DNA of 49,151 nucleotides, filler included, from Basidiobolus ranarum (taxonomy: Eukaryota): assembly GCA_040143965.1 (NCBI GenBank). It is 2 parts of 2 records of this genome, joined end to end, with 100 filler letters (N's around TTAATTAATTAA, not from the genome) between each part and the next. Parts side by side here need not be neighbours in the genome. Positions count along the whole stretch, not along the records: positions 24,653 to 49,151 come from JASJQH010000151.1; 1 more part is not named here. The stretch is one strand, 5' to 3'. Numbering within the stretch: the stretch's first letter is position 1; each line of letters opens with the position of its first letter. This document shows positions 24,692 through 36,737 of this stretch, piece after piece. The translations under genes and the position numbers were made by a program. The notes beneath the pieces were generated by a model. It was given only the letters and a program-made list of their open reading frames with translations, was not told the origin of the DNA and did no database searches.

Positions 24692-25410
24692 TGGCCTCAA
24701 GCGATCAAATCCGGTAGTGACGAAATGCCAAAGGACGCCGAAGGACATGTCCTTACCGAGGACATCAGTATTATAGATACATGGAAAGCCATGGAGAAAT
24801 TGGTTGAAACTGGCAAAGTGAAATGTTAGTTGTTTACTTCTCTGCGTAACGAATTTTGTAATTGATCTCTGACATAAATTAGCTATTGGAGTCTCGAACT
24901 TCAACATTCCTCGTCTTCAGGAGATTATTGATAACTGCAAGATAGTACCTGCCGTCAACCAGGTGGAATTGCATCCATACCTTCCCCAAGAAAAATTATT
25001 ACAATTCTGCAACAAGCACAATATCCTTCTCACTGCCTTCTCTCCTTTGGGAGGACCTAGATCTCCAAGAGCCATGGATGAGCCACTGGTAAGCCTACTA
25101 TTTAAATATGGATAAACAAACTCAACATAACTGATTTTCTCTTTAGATTCACGAGATCGCCAAAAAACTGAACAAATCTCCAGCCCAAGTGATGTTATCC
25201 TGGGCTGTTCAGCGTGGGACCGCGGTGGTACCCAAATCAGCAAACCCCGAACGAATTAAGAACAATTTTGAGATACGCGAGTTGCCCGAAGAAGATTTCG
25301 CGGCCATTAGTGAGCTTGGAAGAAAGAAAAAGATTCGTTATTGCTTACCAGAAAAGATATGGCCCGGAGTTAGCTCATGCTTTGAAGATGATGAACCAAA
25401 CACAGAATAA
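24692..25410 (+). CDS. Aldo-keto reductase, 5' part lost in the gap; exons 24692-24824, 24883-25088, 25147-25410
   Basis: WP.., [71 protein letters not shown]. Confidence 0.93.
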
Positions 25411-27348
25411 TTTCACTTCATACCCGAGGCATGCGTATCGTGTTCATTTAAAATCACAATAAACAGATCACACTGTTGGATAACAACCTTGGAGCAATAA
25501 AGCAGGGATGTGCATATTTCCACCTATTACTACAAAAATGCATGTTTATTTGATGCTACAATTAGTGCACTTTATACCACAGCCTCTAGTGGTAGGCTTT
25601 TACTGATTCATTTTACATAATTGTATATTTGGTTGCAAGGTACATACGCTGAGTCGGTAGCCTTAGAACAAAAAGACTATCTCTAAACCTGGGACTAAAC
25701 TACACAGGTTGTATTATAGGCATGCATGAAATTAGTGAAGGTCACCTTGAACATCGAGGTTATCCAAAGCTGCTCCTTTTACTACCACATGTCACCAATA
25801 TGCCATAACATACCAGCTATTTCCATAGCTACCATCAACCTAAATAGATTTTTCAGCCGATAACCAAGTGGCAAAAGTCATTAAACGTATTTTGGGCTTG
25901 GCTAGACGTGTGCAAAACTTACTTGAGGGTCATTTTTTGATATAAGCCTTGAATACACTCTCAGTTGGAGTATTTTATGACAGGCAAATATTCTAGCCCA
26001 ATTAATTTAAGCGTGATTTGGCGATTCTAACTTCAATTTCGGGGAAATAAACTTCAGATTTGAGTATCAACTGGTATCTTCAGCTAGGTCGGAAACCAAA
26101 CGTGATATATATTACAATTAGCATTCTTGTACCTAAAATACTAGATAAATTCGAGATGAATACATAAACTGAAATCATCTGACTAGTGATCGGATGGTAT
26201 ATTGTGCATTTGTTTGAAATGAGTATCATATATTATTGTGCCCTCAGAAAATGAATTCACATCAAATCGAAGATCAGATTGTTGAGCTTGACTTTTGCTA
26301 TTTATGATCATCACTAGGCTTAGGTTAATATTAACAGCTGACAGGATAAAGTTTATAAATGTGTAATCTGGTGAAAGGAATTATGGGATGACTATTATTA
26401 TACTTCGGAAAGAAAATATATCGAAATTACTGACATCCCCTGCTCAGTTGGTATCAATATCGGTTATGGACATACCTGTCATTTTGATCCTACTGGATGT
26501 GCCAATCCATGCTCTCGTATAGTCGCGCACGTGACATATTAAAATTCGAAAATTGTGTTAGGAACCTGATTAACCAATTTTCAGCTTTAGTATCATTTTC
26601 GTTCAATGTTGGCTGTGATACTCCCCGTAATTCTAATCAGTAAATTTATCAATCAAGGAAACAACGGTGCAGCAACTGCAGAGTTCTGTCTTTGAGTACC
26701 TGGGGGAGAAATGGTTCTTGTGTGCTTAGTTGGAAGACGTAAGGCGGAGCGTGATTTATTTTTCTCAGGTATAGCTAATTTAGGTAAGTAAACACTTACC
26801 CTGATTTAGAATAGCGCACTCTTCCTATTCACTCCCCTATCAATACAATGTAATGATCTATAAGGCTAAGGAATAGTGAATGTAGCTAATCACCACTTAC
26901 GTTATAGTATTGCTATTACATGGCTAATTTTATTCTGCTAGGTTTCGAGATACGCGGTGGGAATCTTACATCCCAATCCCAATTTATGCATTCAAGAAAT
27001 CACATAGTCCGATTGGCTGAAAATTCAAAATTAGCTAAGCATTACATCTAGCATAGACCACACTGTTAGAGCAATCTGTTCAATGCTAGAGAACTACTTT
27101 CATAACAATAGTACTGAAGTTAAAATACTCTTAGTGGCTGATATCCGAGTATTCTGTGCCATGGAGAGGAGGTTCTTCAAATTCCTTAAACACCATCAGC
27201 TAATTTGTAACCATAACAAAAATATATTGGCTGACAAAGAAACTTGAGTGTCATGGATTTATTTATCAATTTAATTGCATAGCGTAACAGTAAATAAAAG
27301 ATATCCAAAGACACCGCAGAGCTAGATATCAACTCTATGCCAGTATTT

Positions 27349-27516
27349 CTATATACACATCCTCTCTAAAAAGCTACTGGCCTGGGCTAATGCCAAAGAT
27401 TTGAAGGCAACGGAAGTGGATAGCGAGTTGGCTACATCATTAGCACCGATACTGTAAGCATCGAGCATAGAGAATAATAAGCCTACCGAGAGCCAAGTAT
27501 AATCATGAATTTCCAT
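27349..27516 (-). pseudogene. PHO89: Truncated 5' remnant of PiT-family Na+/phosphate symporter (PHO89-like)
   Basis: MEIHDYTWLSVGLLFSMLDAYSIGANDVANSLSTSVAFKSLALAQA carries the PiT signature GANDVANS; similarity ends and TAG follows after 55 aa; TATAAAA at 27586-27580. Confidence 0.8.
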
Positions 27517-27781
27517 TCTGGTGCCCGTATATTAGTTATAATACTGAATAAACCTAGCGTATTACATCGCACTCGAAGCTTTTATAGCTTGACTATCTGC
27601 AGAGGGGTGATTCTAATGATTGACTGGGCTTCATGACTGTAGTTACAAATGTCCATATTACTTCCATTACAACAGAGAAATCAATCAACCATGTAGAGAA
27701 TTAGTAGCATTTTATTTTTGTACTATGTGATTGTAGATTTCTGGTATAAAAGCTGGTTAGTGATAACTGTGTGGTATATCC

Positions 27782-28141
27782 TTAATTGATCTTGAAATAG
27801 TGACTATAACGTTCAACTCCTTTGTCGGTGACAATACGAATGGAATACTTCTCTCCAGGTTCCAAATCGTCAGGCACTGACCAGTCATACGATTCTTCAT
27901 TGGCATCTACATCAGTTGCAATTGCAACTGTCAACGCTAAGTTAGCCTTAGGACCCTCACGAAGCTCGATACTGACAGTCTCGGCTAGATCTGCTGCATC
28001 AATGATCCACGCCACGCTTACATCCTCACCTCGCCTCCACTCTGAATGTTCTACTGGATGAGTAATAGAAACCTCTGCGCCAACATACACAAGTGCCAAC
28101 ACCAAGATAAGTAGGAAGCTGCTAATATTGAATGTGCGCAT
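27782..28141 (-). CDS. Small secreted Kre9/Knh1-like N-terminal Ig-fold protein
   Basis: Signal peptide; ITHP..WRRG..V.W, SYDWSVPDDLEPGEKYSIRI, YSHYFKI; no Ser/Thr tail or GPI signal. Confidence 0.8.
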   Translation of the reverse strand: MRTFNISSFLLILVLALVYVGAEVSITHPVEHSEWRRGEDVSVAWIIDAADLAETVSIELREGPKANLALTVAIATDVDANEESYDWSVPDDLEPGEKYSIRIVTDKGVERYSHYFKIN

Positions 28142-29217
28142 ATTGGATCTGCTTTTCTGCTTAAGAAGTGAGTATTCAAAAAGCTGGACTTTATATGGTT
28201 TTCAAATCCCTAAATTGTGCTGTCAATTGAAATAACCCATATATTCGATTATACATATATTAATTAAAAGTATATGTGCTTCCTGTGAATTATTTGCTTC
28301 GTACATTTGAATGATTACAGGCACCATGAGCAACGTCTCGAAGTAGGGGTTGAATGAAAAAAACCTCTCCTACTGGATGATAAGGAGCCTACATAACATA
28401 ATGCTTGATTTGATAAAGTATCCAGTGAAATTTAGCCAGAAGCAAAGAGAAAGTGTTGCTTGAATATTGGGTTAATATGCTTGCAAGCCACTTATTAGTG
28501 CGATTTTGATCAATGGACAATTCTTAGAAAGTATGGTTTAATATTACTGTTGAAGTTCTTATTGTAGCTAAGCTTTGACCCTAGTTTAAACTAGCTCCGG
28601 TCACAATTGGAACAGCTTAAGTGAATTCAATTTTGAGATCACCATCAAATTAGGCCAGTTCTATCTCTTCAATACAGATATTTCGGAAATAGCGTTCATC
28701 AACTCCAATCAGATATTGGAAGATGGCCATGCTGATATAGTCTTTAAGCGTAGACAAACGGATTTTAGAGGAGTTACACTAAATAGATCCGTGTGATACA
28801 TAAATGGACATCCCGAATCTGCAACCATGTGTTACAGGGTCTATATGTTTTTGCGCATACTCTATTGCTTGTGTATGAATATATCTACATATAGATGCAA
28901 TGTAGGTAATGCTCACAGGCGGTGTATATCCTAGGTTAAAAATAGCACGGCATAGTTTGATGCAACTTGAGAACCCTGCAGAGAACAATACCCAGAGTAA
29001 CTTTGTATTTCAATTCATTTTTATTACACAATTGCACATATATCCATTAGTGATTATGCATGAAAATTTATGGAAAAAAGAGGATTGCTAAAGTGTTAGA
29101 TAGAAATAGAGCAACAACCTGTATATTTGATGCTGTGCTTCCAATCGATGTGGTATTAATTGTCAACTTGGGTTTAGTTACTGCAAGGTATGTCTTCTCT
29201 GAAATACCAACAACTTA

Positions 29218-29733
29218 TCACGAAGTCTCCACGCATCTTCCGTTGAACGAATATTGTGGCAAACAGCCAGTTCCGCAGTATTCACTGGATCCACCACAGT
29301 ACCCACCTTCGGAGCAGCATGGCATGCTCTGAGGACAAATATGGCCACCGAAGTTCGGACATCCTTCATTTTCTGGTAAAGGTTCTTTCCCTTGGATAGT
29401 AAAATAGGAACTATACTGATAATTTTCGGGCACTCTTCCAATAGTTACAGCGTAATCGCGTGCGGTGGAAAGCTGGGAAGGAACCACATAGCTACAGCTT
29501 CCATCTGGGCCCCCTTTATTGTAGCAAATTGGATTTGGTAAAGCTAACTGAAGATTGCTCGCCTCTCCATGTACTAAACGGACATCTACGCTAGTTTCTA
29601 CTGAGCCAGTCCAGGACACTGTAACATTTGAACCTGTTTTCCATACAACCCCAGTACCTGGAGTGATCACGTCCCCGGAACATATCTCTAGCAGACTCAG
29701 GGAAATCAGAGTGAACAAAACCTGTGCAAACAT
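29218..29733 (-). CDS. Secreted Kre9/Knh1-like Ig domain + hevein-type CBM18 chitin-binding module
   Basis: Signal peptide; Ig domain ending YSSYFTI; eight-Cys CPNFGGHICPQSMPCCSEGGYCGGSSEYCGTGCLPQYSFNGRC. Confidence 0.85.
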   Translation of the reverse strand: MFAQVLFTLISLSLLEICSGDVITPGTGVVWKTGSNVTVSWTGSVETSVDVRLVHGEASNLQLALPNPICYNKGGPDGSCSYVVPSQLSTARDYAVTIGRVPENYQYSSYFTIQGKEPLPENEGCPNFGGHICPQSMPCCSEGGYCGGSSEYCGTGCLPQYSFNGRCVETS

Positions 29734-30586
29734 TAAGTGGAGTTAGAAGTACTGAAAGGAGAGATATTTGTTAAACTATTCTTGCGCACCTTCGTATTTA
29801 ATAGATTTTGCCAAGTAGTATGTCCAAATCATTATTTCCCAATATTTTCAACTTATCTATCGAACTCTATTATTATGCTGCATATTCATTATGTTGGGCA
29901 GTCAATTTGCTGAAATGCAACTGATACTCTGGACATGAATAGGGATTAATTTCCTGACACTAAATTAACGCTACCTTGCATTAATTATATTAAACAATCA
30001 AAATAGTCATTGGGAAAGTAGCCAAAAGAGCCTTTGCTAGAGAACCTCATAAAAGAACTGCCCTATCAAGTAGGTAATGATAGGCTGAACTCTCAGGCGT
30101 CATCTGCACTCCTGAGAAGTATCGACCCATTAGTAAATTTGCCGGTGGAAAACGGTCATGAATGGATCAGCTACTGTTGAGAAGTAATAATTCCTTTGGC
30201 GCTTTGATGCACAAATTCAGCCCTAATAATTTCACTATCAACTGTATGACCGTACTCCTCCATAATTAAAAGCTATCTGAACCACATTGCGATTGGCTTA
30301 TTATAACTCCAGGAAGCAACCTCATTACAACCACCTTTCATACAGGGGAATAGCGATCTTTGACGAATACTCGGAAGAGTGGAATAAATCCAACTTTTTG
30401 AGGCAACTTTAATTCAGGGGGTAACATCCAGTAATAAAGATATGAATACTGGCGGAGTGGGAGTGGAAGTCTTCATATTAATAAGATTTTGGGCTGTATT
30501 TATTATACTAAAATGGAAATTACTATGTTCAAACTCTACATGGTTCTATCCTTGGAGCTATTATCACTTACCAAATGGTATCCGCT

Positions 30587-31556
30587 TCACGTAAAGGAAG
30601 GTTTTACGCTGATAGTGTTAATCGAATCTAAGCAGATGTTATCGTTAGCCTCGTCCCGTGTTAATGACTGAAGAGAATGCGCGTAGGATTTTCCGCCTCG
30701 CTCATTATATGTTTGATGGGTACTGTTTGGACTGAATGTCTGAGTTCTCTCTTTACGGCGATGATGGGAATTCCAAAGTTGCTCTGTCATTAACTTTGAA
30801 CTCAGAGCCCCTGTAGAAATGTAGCTTGAAATTAGAGTAGAGTTATGACAAGTTAGAGTCGTACAAATACTTACATCCCAAATCCAAGAAATAGCCGTTA
30901 ATCGCAGGTGCAACACCGATAAGGATCAAGAGCAGGATTACAGCAATTACTATGCATATGGAAAAGACATAAATAACGCCATCCTTAATCAACGCATCGT
31001 ACACTCCGCCAGTCTGAATCCTTGAAACTCTCAAAAGACTTCCAATAAATGCTCCACTCAAGAAGATAACTAAGCAACCCTCAGCGCTCACCAGTAGCAT
31101 AAACAGTAAATCTGTGCCTAATGAGAAACATGATCCAAGTGAGGTCACGACAGGCTGAATGTAGAACAAAATGATAACGTGGACAACAAGTCTGGCCACC
31201 TCGATTGAAGCTCCACATGCTGCAATAGTCTTGGAACACATATTAGCATAGTAAGCTTTGGTGATCAGAATCACTTCAATCAGCATTGTCGATACATAGT
31301 AAGTGATGGCTGCTAGCAGGATCCCAAAGCTACAATTTTGATTGTTCATTAGGATCAAAACGGACTGAATGATCTTGCTCAGAAGCAGGATAACAGACTG
31401 CCCCAAGTTCAGCTTGAATATGAAGGCTTTGTCTTTCCTAAGCATCTTAATGCTCATTATCGTATTACTGAGGCCTATAGGGATTGCGATAGCGGCGATC
31501 ATTATATTGACGTTACTTTGAAATATAACATCGGGGGTTACAGTTATGGCACTCAT
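30587..31556 (-). CDS. Seven-TM GPCR-like membrane protein, copy 2; exons 31556-30875, 30810-30587
   Basis: Seven hydrophobic segments, FKLNLGQ, KAYYAN, LIKDG; 64-nt GTAAGT..CAG intron splits the TM7 Trp codon. Confidence 0.8.
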
Positions 31557-33475
31557 TTGTGATAGCCTGTTAAGAGTAAAATGTACACTAGTTTTTTAAA
31601 TAAGTAGCAAGGACTCTCAGGCTAGCTTCGCAGATTAGAAACTATGTTATGAATTAGTATAAGGTGACGTTGGAATGGCTCCTGATTTGAAGTAAGGCTT
31701 CGAATTGGGAGAGTGTGTCTAAGTAGAGAACTGAAGTAAATTGGAATAAGAGTTAGCTTGTTACCCTTTGGCCTTGAGATGTTATTCTCTTATATACAAT
31801 CTAGTGAAAACAGAAGTTGGGGGAGAAGATCATTCAGCATTAAGTTCTGTAGAAGAATCCAGGAATTATGCTTCATAGTTGCACAAGTGGAGTACACACC
31901 TCACCAAGAATCAACGATTCATTAATTTTACTCAAATAGTACCCATTGTTAGTCAATGAATCGAATTGTTCCGCTAATTATTGAATTTGAGAGATGGACT
32001 CGATTTTGTGGACTTTTAAATAACGATAATGGAAAGATACCCATGACTTCTTTGGCCCAGAACTCGTACATATTACAGTCCAACTGCCATATTATGGTAG
32101 CGCCCGAATCATCTAGCCCACAAAAGAGTATTTATCCGGCCTGAGATGAAAGACAATGAAATTTCATTGTGTAAGGAACGATTCTTTTGCTACTGTGCCT
32201 GCAGCTTCCAAGTATTTGGAATTACTAATTTACACAACATCCAACAGTATACACATTAGACCAGCTAAGCGTATGATAGTTCGTTTGTCGTAGAGATACA
32301 AGGCTCTACCTATTGTATTTTGAGGTCGGTGGACCGCCAAATAACACGATAAGAATCTAGTACTTACACAGAGGTGTGCGAAATGTATGCTGTACCATTC
32401 ACATTGGTGTTACACTGGATATTTTGCCAGAACCGGATTGTTTTCTCGCAACGTGCACTTGTTGTGGGTAGGATTCATAACACTGAGAGTATCTGGTGTT
32501 CTATTGAATCGAGTCCAATTTTGTCAAACCTGATTGCTGTACAAATATTGAGTTATGCTACAAGATTTATTGTAAACAAACAGTGAGATGAGCTGGTAAC
32601 TCACGCGAATCTAATGAACCAGTTAATGATTTGATATGACTCGCATCAATCGGTTTACAAGCTGAGAATTTCGAACGTCAAGTGCTCCGCTCCAAATCTT
32701 GAATATTGGGCCGAATTTTTGGATGAAATTATTATCTGGAGTCTAAAGGACTTAGCCTAGTTTAGAAACTTGAGGAAATAAGTCACAAATTAATCAACTC
32801 CCAAAACCAATTAGTATATCTCCATGGCTACTGAAGCCAGACCCAATCTCATCTGCATCTACGTATTGTGCTGAATCGGTATGCTTGCTAGTTAGCAATC
32901 AGTTCAAGCTGGGCACAGTGACTAGATTTGTACCGATATTCAACGCTTGTAAATCCATTTAAATGGGCATACTGTGAGTGAAAAAAAATCCGCCATTTCC
33001 AAACAAGGCCACAGAAATCTTCATCTCACCTTTGTCATACGCACCCATAACATTACTCGATCGCACCAATAATAATCTGCATCTTGTGCCTAACACTAAT
33101 CATAATTAGAACACTGGATGGCTCGGATCAATTGAGCGCTTTGGGAAAGGCGAAGTTACGAATCTGCAGTGGAGTACCAAACATGTACCTCGTATGATTG
33201 CCCTGTTTATCGTTTATGAGCCTTCAGCTTCGAGATGCGTTACACTGTCATACGAGTTAGATGTGACCTGGATTGCTATATGCATTCCTTACGTAAACAC
33301 TGGTAATTGAAAAGGCTTCATAAATGTTTAGACGCCGACTTTTATTAACAGCATATCAAGAAATGTATCATCAGTAGGCCACTGAAGGCATATCATATTA
33401 ATTGGAAATCAACATGTACAATAATAGAGTAAATGGCAGTTAGCCATAGTAAGAATAGAGAATCTTTCGATTAAT

Positions 33476-34564
33476 TCAAACACCTTCATCGTAGTCACTG
33501 GCAATATGTACTTTGACGTTGGAGTCTTGGCCCTTAGTGATACTGGCGGCTGGGGAGCCAGCCTTGGTTTTGGCCCGTTCTTCTCTGCTATTATTGGTCC
33601 CGGAGGCTTGGTTGGCTGATTGGGAGTTCACGTTTGACAAGGATTTGGAGTTCTTCTGGCCCTGATATATATCCGTAAGGGGTCTCTCTCCTACCACTAC
33701 ACCATCAGGGAATCTAGTCTCCTCTTTCTTATCAGTTTCCTCTCCATACGCTTTAATCGGGGCCTCAGGAGTAGACCTGAACTCCAAAATAGGGCTATCC
33801 TCGGTCTCTGTTTTCTCGTATCCATAGCACGCTTTAGATTGTGAATTCTCATTCGATCTTTGCTCTACAGCTCTAATGTCGGTATGTGACTGAGCCTCTA
33901 TTCCTGAGGGTTTCTGATCTATTTGGTTTAAGCGATGTGCATACCTCTGACTGGGAAACCCATTTGAGGCTTTATTGCTTTCGCAGTCATCAGGTTTAGT
34001 AGACCTTTCGATCAATGTCTTGCCAATTTTTGGCTCCTGGTTGCTAATCAATTTACCATGTCCTACTTTGTTAGGTTGAGGTACCATAGATTTAGGGTAT
34101 GCATTCATATGATCTTTGTTGGATGGAGGCCCCATAGATTTAGGGTATGTATTCATACCATAAGTGGCCTTTTCATTATCAGATAGTTTGCTGCTATCGG
34201 CTTCAAGGATTGGCTGACCAGCTGGTTCCTCTGGTGAAGTAAAGTCATCAGAGCTAGCTCCAGTGTCGTAAGGACTCACAGGATTAGCATGGAACTCAAC
34301 ATACTTCAGGTTACTAGCATCATTATCGCCCATGTAGGGATTAAGATCAGGAGCATAAACAGTAGGAAAGTTACCAGACTGTTTGCTTTCATTGTTAGAA
34401 TTCGACATCAAGTAGGATGGCGAATGCTCCCTTCCAAACTCAAGCGCTCCTGAATTTATTTTTTCGGAATTCTCTTGCACTCTATTATACTTGGGGACAA
34501 CTAGTCCCTCAACCATAAAGAAGGCAGAGTGTACTATTAAAAGGTTTAAAGAAATAGATTTCAT
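33476..34564 (-). CDS. Secreted, largely disordered S/N/E/K/P-rich protein
   Basis: Intact 362-aa ORF, N-terminal hydrophobic signal-like segment, TATATAAA upstream (~34679-34672). Confidence 0.7.
   Translation of the reverse strand: MKSISLNLLIVHSAFFMVEGLVVPKYNRVQENSEKINSGALEFGREHSPSYLMSNSNNESKQSGNFPTVYAPDLNPYMGDNDASNLKYVEFHANPVSPYDTGASSDDFTSPEEPAGQPILEADSSKLSDNEKATYGMNTYPKSMGPPSNKDHMNAYPKSMVPQPNKVGHGKLISNQEPKIGKTLIERSTKPDDCESNKASNGFPSQRYAHRLNQIDQKPSGIEAQSHTDIRAVEQRSNENSQSKACYGYEKTETEDSPILEFRSTPEAPIKAYGEETDKKEETRFPDGVVVGERPLTDIYQGQKNSKSLSNVNSQSANQASGTNNSREERAKTKAGSPAASITKGQDSNVKVHIASDYDEGV
34062..34157 (-). repeat. Two-copy 48-nt in-frame tandem repeat
   Basis: MNTYPKSMGPPSNKDH / MNAYPKSMVPQPNKVG; CCATAGATTTAGGGTATG at 34084 and 34132. 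Confidence 0.85.
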
Positions 34565-35231
34565 TCCGGAAATGATTAGATTAGAGAAATGGGGTTTAAA
34601 GTTAAAGATGATGCACGCCAGTAACCGAGTTCAGTTGGTTTGGGATAGAGTTCTTCATCAACAGGCTCTGATTTATATACGAGTATCTGATACATATCTT
34701 ATTTACTCCTTGAAACGAATTTTCTTCGCTACAGATATTCGGGATACCAGCCTTGCTTATGATTAAGTAGTATTTAGTAACAAAAAGCAAAATCGTTATG
34801 GTGTCTGCACATCAAAAGTAGGTAGTGTTTTTTCGCACCTATGTAACTCCCCTTACATTTGAAAATTTGCGAATATCGATCTGTTATTTATTTCTATAAG
34901 TATTATGACGATGGCCGTATCGGAATTATATTGTATGACTTAAAACGAAAGAATTAACTCGCTGATCATGGTGATTGAGATTTGCAGATGCTGTTGAAAT
35001 TCGGATACTTGATACGCTAATCTTTATTATACTTGGACTTTAATTATCAAACGTATTTCCGCAATTCTCTGCATAACAATGAGGTAAAGTAATGACATCA
35101 AACAACTTCGCAACATACTGGGTATCTGAACAATGAAAGTAAATAAACAAATAAATAGAGAGATATTATAACTATAGGGAATTTATCTAATGTTGCAATA
35201 ATTACTGAATTCTTAAATTCTAATGCGAGGT

Positions 35232-36737
35232 TTAGTTTTGCCTTGATCGGTACCATCTACTTGTTTTTTCCACATTAATCAGCGCTACTGGAGATACGTA
35301 GCCAGACTTGTTTAAATCACTGATAATCTCTGCCTGTCTTCTTTCAATTGCTCTGGCTCTATTTACTGGGATATTCATTTTTTCCAAGTACCATGCTGGC
35401 AGTCCCATAGGAATTCTTAGATGGATTCGATTACGGCGATCGTCGGGATTTGGCCCTCCATATTCACCAGAGTATGAGAAAGCACCTTCTATATCTCGTT
35501 TTTGCAGATGAACTGGTAATGAATCAAATTCAAAATTCGATGAGAAATTCCCCAATTTAGTGACTTCACTGGCCTTTTTCATGTCGATTAGGATTTCATC
35601 GGATGCCTCTGTCTCGGTTGTACTTTCCACTGGTTCTGGAGTTGGGTTAGGGGGTTTGTGGTTTGATTCGCTCTCTTTGTTATCAGCAGTTGAGGGTGCT
35701 TTAAAATTTTCACTTGGTGCATTGGAGTATTGATAGCATAGCGTGTCAATGGGAAGTAAATCCTTCACTTGAATTTTGAAAGGTATCAGGTCGTCTTCTA
35801 AGGAGGCACGAGTATTATCGGAGTTTAATCCCAAATAGCTTCTACTTCTTGTATCGTTAGCCGCTTGCCAATCCGCCCAAATTTTATCTACAAACGCGTG
35901 ATGAATCCAGAAAATAGGACTATATTCAATGGGAGGCAGAGTTAGTCATATGAATAATCGCTCTACCAAAAGACTAACAAACTGGCCTTGAGATGCTCAA
36001 TCCACTAGGATAACAACAATACTTACTCGTTTGCGCTAGAAGCCATATCCATATCTCCTTTTTCACCACCAATACCGATGTGAATTCGATTATGAGGTAC
36101 ATCTTCAATATATTCATGAAGTTGTCGATAATCTTGAGCATTTTCAATAAAGTAGTTGAGTACCTCGGGCGGCATAAATGGTGAAAGTAATGTATTTCTA
36201 TCGAAATCCCGTCTCAAACAACGCTTTTCGGGAATCGCAACTGGCCAGTTGGCAAAAGGACCCGTCAACACACACGAATCAGGGCCCTCTCCATTACCTC
36301 CGAACCAATTGAACACTGGACTTTGTTCAGGAGCTTGGGAATCCAAAGACCAATCCTACATAGACAAGGGATGAGAATTTAATCTACTTGTGACATAAAA
36401 GTATTCGAAGGATAAGCATTGAATATTGAATTACCCAAAATGGTATCGTCACTTTAGGATCAATTTGTTGTAATGCCAGCTCAAATCTCTTTAAAAACCA
36501 TCTATGCCAGGGGAAAAATGGTGCGAACCCGTGTGCAGTTTCGAAGAAGCTGTTATGTTGTATTACGAACGCATCGTATTCGCCACGCTTCTTTAACTCC
36601 AAGATGCTATCGATGAAGCGATTTCTCTCGTCGACTGTAAGTTGCCTAATCTCCCGCCTAGTATGAATTCTAGAGCATTCTAGCGAGCTCACGAGGGGGA
36701 TAGATATGGATAGTACTGCTAAAGCGATCACACGCAT
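35232..36737 (-). CDS. Secreted tyrosinase (type-3 di-copper); exons 36737-36435, 36355-36027, 35919-35232
   Basis: Signal peptide, RREIRQL, CuA His (QHN, TAHG, FFPWHR), IPFWDWS, CuB His (HNRIH, [22 protein letters not shown]); both introns in frame. Confidence 0.93.
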
